Source of the DNA: Tubiluchus corallicola
Taxonomy: Eukaryota > Animalia > Priapulida
Assembly (NCBI GenBank): GCA_030141605.1
Contig: JAQGDQ010000145.1
Location: forward strand, 310,001 to 374,000
Direction: 5' to 3'
DNA: 64,000 bases
The notes below the pieces were generated by a model. The model was not told the DNA's origin. It did no database searches and worked only from the letters and a program-made list of their open reading frames with translations. Both the position numbers and the translations under genes were made by a program. Below are positions 54,601-64,000 of this stretch, in pieces. The number at the start of each line of letters is the position of its first letter. The stretch's first letter is position 1.

Positions 54601-57600
54601 TTCCTTGCCTGCAGGGGTGGGAAGATAAGACGTTATTAGAGCATTTAGTTTTAATCCACAGCTTGAAATTTGCATTCCTTGCACTGTTTTAATTGCAAAC
54701 CAAAAGTTCCAAGTTTTTTCAAGCAAATTTGTCCCAACATTAATTTTATATTTCTCGTTTTGATTTACGTGACTTTTATTATTGCAGCAAAGCAAAATAA
54801 AATAGATCTTGAGTGTTTTTCTAAGTTCATAAAGCCAAAGACATTGACTCTTGAATATATTGATTTCTAAGTTACATTGTTTTACTGGTGATTGTAGGAT
54901 AAATTTATTTTACATTAAACAGTCAATAGTAGTAAGCCACAAGACTAACAGTGTCAGCCATGTTGCCTTGATTTGATGGAAGTGGTTTGCAACTTTGTAA
55001 AATGGCTTTGTTTAAAGGCTCGCTTACAAGATTTAAGTTGAATTTTTGTCAGCATGTGTTAATTCCTTGGCTTTTTCCATACTGTGAATAGGATATTCTT
55101 ATATTTACAGGCTGAAGCACATCTGACAGAGGCTAAGGGAATGTTTGATGAGTTGAACAACGAACTGCACGAAGAAATACCTAATTTGTACGATGGGTAA
55201 GCACTTGAATTTGCTTATCTCTATAAACTTGGCTACCGTGGATTGATTAACAAGTTCGTATTGAACAGTCATTTAATGTTCTATTGATTTGTTTGCCCTG
55301 GTAAGGTGTGTTGGTGTTAACAAATATGCAGGATTGTCATTGATACAAACTCGCAATCTCATGCTACATTAAGCATGCTCATGTACATTTGGTATGTCAC
55401 TGAATCGGGGTCACGTGCACTTACTGTAATTTAGCAGTGGCACGTTGCTTGACCCTAAATGTTTGAAATAAATGACTTGCTATTGTGTACTTGTCCCAGT
55501 TTGCATCTTAATGCTAAATTAACTAGTGGAAGATTTTGGGTAAAGTACTTTTATTGCTGATAACCATTGTATTGGCTGGCCTTATTGAATTTTTGCTTTG
55601 AAAGTATTACTAACGAATTGGCACCTAATCAAAGTTTTCTGATATTTTTGTAGCCTGGAAGTATTCAGTCAATCTTAATCATTATTAAGAAAAAAATCAC
55701 AATAAAGGAAAAAAGAAGAAATTTCTTGCCATTAAGAATTATCTACTTGTTATTTCATATCATATACTTACGAATCGTAAAGAAAAATATTCATTCCATT
55801 TCGCGATATGATTATTTCATTTGTCTTAAGTTGACTGTGCCACTTCACAACTTTGGTGATTAAAAGCTGAAAATACTTGGAGAGGCAAATGATTGAATCT
55901 AGTATGCTGAATTTTAAAATGTGGGTGGGCAGCTGTATTTTCAACATCTACTGTATTGATTTTATGAATTAATTTTTATCTTTCAGCCGAGTTAGATCAT
56001 GCGTGACTTTCTACCAAGCAATTTACAGAACAGAAAGTGAATTCTTCACCAAATTTTCCGAGGTTTGGTTGATTATTTTATTATAGCTAAGTGAAAGCTG
56101 GTGACCAGCTAGTTGTTATGGCTAAGTAACAAAGGTGGCAGCACACTGCACAAGTCTTTGAGGTGTTACACTATGCCACCTCATCGTCATTAAAGTTGTT
56201 TTGTGTAAAGAGCAGCTAATGTTGAGTTGTTTGACTGCGCATTACCCTCAGTGCATTATCATACTGTAAAATATGGTTCTTTGTACTTCAAGGGTTAGCA
56301 GGCAACAAGATGCAAACACAGTCTAGTTCCTTCGTTATTAGAATGCACTTATATTTGGCCATTTATCTCATATTTCAATTGAAATTTAGCAAATAACATG
56401 TAGCAAGTCACGTAACACAGTCCTGATCTCTGGATTTCAAACCTGCTTCCTGGTTTGGTGCCCCCCCCCCCCCCGATGACTATGAACGTGCGGGTGCCAT
56501 ACGTTTGGTGTGTGTTGAGTTGGCAAGTTTGTAGTTCTTTAGATCACAACTTTTACGAAGAAAAATAAGAAATGAAAGAAAAACATCTCAAAACGGTAGT
56601 TTTTCAGGCAATTTCAATCAGAAAATAAACTTTTAATAAACTAATGAGACAAAGATGGATTCCTGATACATTGTACAACTCATTTTGTGTTATAATTGAT
56701 TAAAAAAGTATAAAAATCAGTAGTCACAGAGTATTGATTTTTTTATAGAGAAAAGTGTAAAAATTCAGCTATATATAAGTTTGCGATCATAGAGTAATAA
56801 TTTTTATAGAGGTTTAATATTTTACAGTTGAATAACACCTTATCCAGTGAGATGGAAAAGCTTGCGGCAGCTGACGCTCAAGGGTTGTATCGAGTAAAAC
56901 GAGTTCCACCACGATACATAAACACACCTACACCACCCACGTAAGGCATAGAACACTTTATACTTTTTTTTTACAGAGTTTCACATACTTGTCTGCCATA
57001 CACTCACTGGCTTGACTTACTACTATTGCTACTGAATTGTTATAATCCTAGCCCTGGCCACTTTTGGATGTCGACACATCGTTACGTAATAACAGTTTGT
57101 AGCCATGAACACACGTGAGCACTCAGCCTTGTGTGAGTACTTAAAAAGTAATTTTGTCACAAAAATAGCTAAGGCGACAACACTTTGTTCATCTTTTCAC
57201 TATGTTTAATTTACAAATTTAAGATTAAGCTTATATAAATGCCTTTTTCAGCACTCCGTCCAAGGCTGATAATAACATTCAGGACATGACACCGAAAATT
57301 CCTAAAGGTAAATTTAATTACTTTCTCTTAAGTTGCAATGTAGAGCACTATCGGAGAGCTCTATTTATCTACTGAGAGTTCTGTTAATAAGTCAGTATGC
57401 ATTTATAATGAACTTTTGCACTGTAATTTCTCATGCAGTAAAGTATCAATAGTATTGGATAATTTCATTGTTGTGAACTTCATATAGCCAAGTGTATTCT
57501 TCACTTTATTTTTCTATGACTTTATGTTTTTAGATGCACATAATGGTGACACTAATGTGAAAGTAAACAGTTTGGAAGAACACTCATTTGAGCAAGAACA

Positions 57601-60600
57601 GGTAAGTTTAGTTAATTTTCTGTTTCATAGTTTCTTGTGTTTTGTATTTTTGGTGGTGTATGCTTTGTATTTTTTGACAGTTAGGCACCCATAAAGTCAA
57701 TTTTATAAAAACATGTACCTGTTTTGTTTTCAGACTAAATTTTGTTGTAGGAATTTACCGACATTTATAGTAATATTTAACGTGGCTGCAACTTGGCTAC
57801 TTTTAGATACTAACGCGCAACTCTGTACTTTTTTATTTGTTTAATTTGGCTTTTGAATTTAACCGGGATCAGTGCACCATAGTTTAGCTTCCGTTTATTA
57901 CTGATGACAGCAAATTTTGCCTCAATTTTGCTAATTAAGTTACTCAGTTTATTAATGACAAATCAAAGTTCGAATTGTCACAGCAGACAAATTTCATTAG
58001 GTAAGGTTATATCAGAATTGAGGCAGCACTGTTTAATGCAGACTAAAAGATAGATGCTGGTAGTGTGTGAGTAGTGAAGATACTAATATGTGTGTGTATA
58101 CACCGACCTTCGTCATTTTTTTTAATAAGTGTAAGCATGCCCAGATGATGAGCAGACTGATGCATTATGAAAGCTGGCAACCTAGTTTTGAATACATTTG
58201 ACAACATGGAAATGCTATTACCTGCAAGCTTAAATTTGAACAGAGTTATTCCCAATTTTTTGTAACATTCTTGCATATAAAACCTTATGAGCTCAGATGT
58301 AATTTAAAATAAATAATACCACTTTTTTCCCAATGTTCTTACGCGTGAAGAAAATGTGAGGGGTGTCAGGATAGGAATGCCTCCCCCAAGAGTATAGGTA
58401 GAAATTGACAAAACTATGAGAAAGGACTATTAATTTTAAGTAAAGAATACTTGTAATCGAGTACTGCTGTTATTCGCAGCGCTAAGAGACTGAAATGGAT
58501 TGGGGTGAAATTCGTGTTTGTTTCTCACTGGAAATTGTGTCATTAAGACTTATTTCGTTAAGTCATTCGTTAAATATTCCGTTAAGATTTATTTTGTCAC
58601 TTTTTCATTTTTGACAATAAAAGGTGGAAAGCATTTAAAAAAAACATTTAAATAAGAAATATTACATTGATTAGACAACTAAAAATTTGTTTACATCTAC
58701 TTACGATAAGTATAAGGAGCTAGCATTTCCTGATATCCTGTAGATACCTTTGTGATTTTGCACTATCTGTTAATTGTTGAAATTGTTTGCATGGACGTTG
58801 TTGTGTTGCGTAAAAGTGCATGTTTGCATGACTTGTTGACTTAGGTTCCTGACGTGACGAATAAAGGCGAGTCTTTGGCCGACTCCATTACTGCGACTCT
58901 GGCTGCCACCAATGTAAGTGATAGACACTTGTTAGTTTCTCTGTTTTTATGACTAACTTGTGTTTTACTAACAATGATAACACTTTATTTACTAACCAAT
59001 TTTTGTTAACCAGACTGAGCATGGTGTACTCGATTTTTGTAGCTTCTCTTTTTTAATGTAGTTTTCAACAACTGTTTTTTAAAATGATGGAGATCATTTT
59101 TTTCCAAAACCACTGCCGCATTGCATGACCTCATGGTCTTTAAAAAATTAATTCGGTGTTTTTGTCATTGTCAGGGAACACTCTTACACTTAATTAATGA
59201 GTGCAATTTGGCCTTTGTCCAGTTACTTTCCTTACAGTTGTTCAGTCCAAAGATGCCATCTACTATTTCTGGGCAACTACTCATAGCTTGTTTGAAGAAC
59301 TGGTTTTGAAAACATTACTCTCTGATGAGTCGATTACGTTGTCATAAAAAATTATATTAGCCATGCTTAATAATCTTGTGCAGGTACAGTGCTGCTACAA
59401 GTCTAATTTCCAATCATATTTACCTGGCCAAATATGGGATTCCATGTGCGCATAATCCATGTTGCGTGATCGATGCATGGTATTTCCATGTGTCCATGAA
59501 CACTACATGTATTAATAAACATCTCCTTGCTCTTTCTGCCATTTTGGTTGCTGTTTATGAAAATTGGAAGTAATAATTTTTGGAAGCCAATTTTGGCGCA
59601 ACAGTGTCAAGAAATAATCACAGCAGTGGCACTAGCTTATCACTGTCCTATTAGACAGAAAAAGTTAAAAGAAAGTACAGGTTTTGCATATATAACGTTA
59701 TGCGGGGGAGCGGGCAATATGGCACGTATAACTATTTAGTAAAGGAACTGCAACTTGATACAGAACAATATAATTATACGCTTTTTCCACCACACAGAAA
59801 CCTGAATGGGAAAATTATTACTGTGTATAAGCTCTGATGTGACCAAAACTCGCTTGAGCAAGAAACCAGTCAGTGAAAACAGTCATAGGGTCTTGAAAAC
59901 TTGCTGAACCACATAGGCACCGATGGTTTCCTATCTACGTATTGCTGTGTGATGTGTATTAGGACGAATAGTGAGTGATACGGCTCGCGCATCGTGTATT
60001 ATAGATTGAGCATGACATACGTATGGAAACATTTCCACCTATTAATTAGGAACTATTGCATATGCATCACGGATCACGCATTAAGCGTATATCGAGTCCT
60101 ACCTGAGCATTCTTATTTTGCACAACTAATTTCACCACAAATCTTTTAACTTTTTTCCAGTCATGACTGCTGGCCAGAAATGTCTGTTGACTTATATTCT
60201 GTTTTGCCTTGTGTTGTAATTTAGTTAGCCTGCAAGTAATTTGTTAGAATTTTTGTGAATGCTTTTTGTTTGTTTTTTGCGACATTTTGTTGTGAACGAT
60301 ATTTATTAAATTTTGTTGCTGCATGTCATTATGAAATTATCTGAATCATTTGGCAAAGGAGCATATTTACAAAGCTACAGTACTAGCATACTCTGAAATC
60401 TTTCACTAGCCCATTCTTTCTTTAGCTAACCAACAGTTTTTCAATAGAGGAAAGTGTGTGCTTGTGTTTAATGTAAAATATGGTGACAAAAACTAGATAT
60501 TGCACAAAGAAATTAATTTCTGTTATTCTTGTTCTTCAGCTACTTGCGAATTGCTGTTTAAACCGTGATGGTTGCTTGATAACCGAATTTTTGTTTTTGT

Positions 60601-62045
60601 TACATTTAGGGCGGTGCCATTGACGTGTCAGTTGAATCAGATAAACACAATGATATCATCGTTCAGTCCAAGGAAGTAGATATGCCCCAAGAAGTTGTGC
60701 TTGATCACAACAAAGAACCAGCAGCTATTGAAGTTTCGTTGAGCAATGGTCCTGCACAGGAGGAGTCAGCTATCGTGCAGCCCCGCACCTCCGTGAAAGT
60801 ACAGGAGAAAGATTCCGAGGAAGGTGGATTAATTGCCGAAGTAGCAGAAGAGATCAAGGAGAAGGTGGAGGACGTTGTCAAGCCTGCAGTGACTGATTTT
60901 GTGCAAGAGTTGCAGTCTCCTACTGACAAAATTGATGATGATGCACCTCCTGGAACATTGCACCAAGTCAGTAGTCTTAACCATTTGATTTGACTTGATT
61001 TGGTTACAATATATAAAATCAGTGAAATTGAAATTGCCTTAACTAAAATCTAATTGCTAAAAATCAAGATTAAATAAATTGCACACAAATACATATATAC
61101 AAGCACACGATTCTGCACACCATTGCTGCTCACATTGCTTGCTTGATAAACAGTTTCAGAACATGGGCATTTTGCTGCCATACAGCAAGTCTGTTTATCA
61201 GAAAAGAGAAGAAACAAATATTTGTGTAACAAACAAATGTGAAACTTATACTATGAAACCAAAAAACTGTGACACTCTTATCAATTTTCTGTTTCGAACA
61301 TCTGAGATAGTCAAACTCGCTGAGCGGAGAGGTGCTGCCTTTGTTAGATGATGTTTACATTGTAATCATGTAACAATATACAGTGTAAAATGGCTGACCA
61401 GTGAGCTAAGTTTTATGTGCAGTGCGACTAATAATTGGTCCGAGTTTATGCATTAGTCGTAACAGCAGTTGTAGTTTTTATGCAATACCAAAAGAGTGGG
61501 ATCAATTACACGAAACACTGTAGTATGCGATATTCGTTTATACTGTGATCATTATGCATTACTGATGATTCTGGTTACTTACTTACCTGCAATAAAGCTG
61601 TTCTACATATGATTACATAGTATCGTCTAGTTTATGTGCAGATCTCTAATGTTTTTTTCAATGAAATATGCTTGTCTTGTTAATAGGTTGCGACTACTCA
61701 TCCTTACAGTGGAGAGGATGACGATGAACTAACATTTGAGGCTGGAGATACAATTTATGTCGTACCTTATGACGATGAAGATGAGCAGGTAGGACTGTCT
61801 AAACAAGACTTCCTTTATAATAATGAATATTAGGAATTGTAATTCAATTTAACTTATTATCTTTTTGGTTTTTTTATTGTTTTAAATTGGCTGGTTGTGT
61901 TAGATTATCTTGTAAAAAGCTGTTTTTTAATTTTTAATTTTCTTTGTTTAACATTTGTTTCTAGGACGAAGGGTGGCTAATGGGTATCTTAAAGAGTAAC
62001 AGGAAGAAGGGTGTGTTCCCGCAAAATTTTACAAAACCCCTGTAA
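33699..62045 (+). CDS. Amph: Amphiphysin / BIN1 (N-BAR + SH3), 13 coding exons, about 506 aa
   Basis: In-phase GT-AG exons: 33699-33776, 47023-47158, 52928-53118, 53257-53364, 55111-55196, 55987-56062, 56828-56940, 57252-57307, 57534-57601, 58845-58913, 60610-60966, 61687-61788, 61965-62045 (TAA). N-BAR motifs [43 protein letters not shown] and [16 protein letters not shown]; SH3 motifs [24 protein letters not shown] and [10 protein letters not shown]. Linker exons 8-10 rest on splice signals and phase only. Confidence 0.93.
35430..35790 (-). mobile_element. Decayed hAT (ZMYM1/Tip100-like) transposase fragment in Amph intron 1
   Basis: [27 protein letters not shown] followed by EIADNSDS...EQ resembles the GNF...PRNAxYxS...IADExxD..EQ blocks of ZMYM1-like hAT transposases; interrupted by stops. 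Confidence 0.45.
37172..37956. mobile_element. Possible non-autonomous piggyBac-like element
   Basis: Right end ...GTGTGCTAAGGG|TTAA; degenerate left end TTAA-TTTAGCTGACC. Internal repeated AAAGATCAAG(T/A)GGGGTAA...CCCCAT near 37208 and 37735. Confidence 0.35.
42684..42762. repeat. (GTT)n-(GCT)n trinucleotide microsatellite
   Basis: Direct reading; intronic. Confidence 0.9.
45568..45639. repeat. (GA)n microsatellite plus (GAG)n
   Basis: Direct reading. Confidence 0.95.
50750..51109 (+). mobile_element. hAT-type MITE, copy 2 (same family as 11143-11509)
   Basis: CAGAGACGGATT...AGTCCGGTCCTG. Shares collinear internal blocks (GGCTAATGAAATT, CCCCTCTTGGA, GCGACATTTACATA, ATCTTTTGTTT, AAAAAGATTTTT, TAGCCTATA). 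TSD not recognisable. Confidence 0.8.
58788..58996 (+). promoter_or_regulatory. Splicing-regulatory cluster around Amph exon 10 (3x UGCAUG upstream, 3x ACUAAC downstream)
   Basis: TGCATG at 58788, 58817 and 58825; ACTAAC at 58952, 58967 and 58991; these flank a 69-nt phase 0-0 exon. Confidence 0.65.
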
Positions 62046-62120
62046 ACTCCGTACTATGTAGCAGTATTTAGAAATGCACATTAACCAAGCAAAAGTGTAA
62101 ATTGCTGAAAACACTCTACT

Positions 62121-62126
62121 AATAAA
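62121..62126 (+). terminator. Candidate proximal polyadenylation signal of Amph
   Basis: AATAAA about 75 nt after the stop, followed by a GT/T-rich stretch; a second AATAAA is at 62179. Confidence 0.4.
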
Positions 62127-62211
62127 ATTGCCTCGTAGGTTTGTTCATAATGTTTTGTAAGAACTAAAGTTCAGGATGAATAAACTCTTCATTACAAAAA
62201 AAGTCTATGTA

Positions 62212-62685
62212 CAGTAAGTCCTCTCTTAACGATGTTAATGCATTTCAGCAAAACGCGTTTTTAAGTAAAACGTCGCTAAACGAAAATACGCTTCACACGA
62301 GAAATAATGTAAAAGCATTCAATTACGTTACAGGAGCAAAATTGAGTAGTGCTTGGCTATGTAAAACTCTTTGAGTTTTATCAAGAAGAATTTTATCTAA
62401 ATGTGAGAAAGCAATGAATCGTAGCCTGCCTAACTATATCTGACTACGTACTGTCAGCTTAGTTGGGCAAATTATTATCCAATATCCTACGGGTTAAGTA
62501 GGATTATGGGTGATTTGGCTTAAGTAGTGGGCTGATCTGTAGAGTACGAGCTCAGTAAATGAGATTTTTGGCAGAAAATCATAGTTAAAATGAAACATGC
62601 AATGTTAATTGGAAAAGGGTATCAAAAAGTTAATTTCGTTAAAATAAAACGAAAAGCTGTGGAGTCGTTAAGCGAGGACTTACTG
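62212..62685. mobile_element. Tc1/mariner (pogo/Tigger-like) MITE
   Basis: TIRs CAGTAAGTCCTCTCTTAACGA / TCGTTAAGCGAGGACTTACTG with TA on both sides. Confidence 0.88.
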
Positions 62686-63202
62686 TAAACAGAAATTTTA
62701 TATTGAAATTGTTTTTTTTTGTGGAAAATACGTGTGTACTCATCTTCCGGCATTGAAGGAAAAAGAAAATCCCCTTTGCATTCCCTGCCTGAAGGTGGTT
62801 GAATTCTAATATCTAGCTACCGCACTGCATTTTCGATAATAAAATTGTTCTGTGACTTTTGTGCAGCTGCGGTCTTTTGTTGTTCAGTTCTGACATATTC
62901 AAAAGTCACTTAACACCAACGTGTAAGCATTCATTCTTAAATCATCAGAACGTTTCTGTTTGTTGCATTTGTGTCTTGTTTTACAATTTTGGCAGTTCTG
63001 TAACAAATTAGGAAATGAGGTGAAATTTTGCATATGTATATGTACCACACCAGCATATGTATAATTAAAATCGTTTATATTTTCTTTTTAACTTGTTGAG
63101 ATATTCTAAACAGTTCTTATTAACTATGTTTGTACACTGCAGTCCTGTACTGCCAATTGTTATCAAGTTAATAACATTCTAATATTTACTGAAATGACTA
63201 CT

Positions 63203-63398
63203 AGATGTACGAAGTCATTTGTGTACTGGATTTTTTCAAGATAACAAGCAAAGAGATTCTTTTTGAAAGAATCTTTAATGTAAGAGGAAATATAATATAA
63301 AGATGTACGAATTCATTTGTGTATTGGCATTTTACAAGGTAACGAGCGAAAAGATTCTTTTTGAGCGAATCTTTTATGTAAGATGAAGTATAATATAA
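63203..63398. repeat. Diverged tandem duplication, 98-bp period, 2 copies
   Basis: AGATGTACGAA(G/T)TCATTTGTGTA...AGATTCTTTTTGA...AATCTTT..TGTAAGA..TATAATATAA at 63203 and 63301. Confidence 0.8.
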
Positions 63399-64000
63399 AA
63401 TTGTATGCAAATTACGAACATAATCATGAATCTCATTTATATTAGTGTATGAATCAAACTGTACGCGATTATTGTGAAGCAGTGTACAGTTTGTTCTACA
63501 TCTTGCCCTTTACGATCTTGCCTTTTCTGTTACATCCCAGAAATAACTATTTAACTGTTTGTAAATTTGTCGATCAGTGCTGTTGTCATACTTTGCCCAT
63601 TTTAGATTATTTACAAGTGTTAAATTTCCATTGTTTAATTGCCTTTGCTTTTAGCGTCAAGTTTATGAAGTTGATTTAAATTTGAATAACACTGACAGAA
63701 AATGAATTCTGATTATCCTGACATATCCAGATTGGCCAACATTATTGAAAGTTTTATTGTCACGTACTTGAATATCACAGAGGCCACAAAATTTTGTATT
63801 TCCTATATTATCATTAAGCAGTCTTACAACTTGTTTTGTTATATTTTTCTAGATTATATTAATAACTTATGGGATTGTTTGCCCATTTTTCTGCATTTTG
63901 TTATAAAGATGTCTGGATATAATTACTTTATATTAATGATGTTACTATAGTTGGCTAGTACGACAAACATCTCTGAAACAGTCATGTTAATATTTGTATT

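Overview
AT-rich, intron-rich animal (invertebrate bilaterian) genomic DNA; it is not prokaryotic, so most short ORFs in the supplied track are spurious. Four genes are supported. (1) The last nine coding exons of an SLC6 invertebrate-type dopamine transporter (+, 2454..12088; 5' part upstream of the window). (2) A convergent, unrecognised gene encoding a modular repeat protein of at least 1603 aa (-, two large in-phase exons 22379..21466 and 20947..17050; 5' end unresolved). It has a basic Gly/Arg/Ser block, eight Cys-Tyr-Gly mini-loops in acidic Thr/Glu spacers, and six Met-rich M-x-M-P-x-M-x-[FS]-x-F-[FY] motifs, three followed closely by dibasic sites. (3) A GPAT3/4-type glycerol-3-phosphate acyltransferase with an intronless CDS (+, 26931..28271). 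(4) A 13-exon amphiphysin/BIN1 gene (+, 33699..62045) with a candidate Rbfox/QKI-regulated cassette exon. Introns and intergenic DNA carry hAT and Tigger-like MITEs with TSDs, LINE and Penelope remnants, a small element with internal TTAGGG repeats, a 41-bp minisatellite and several microsatellites. The best candidate for something undescribed is the orphan repeat protein. All calls were read by eye; no searches were run.
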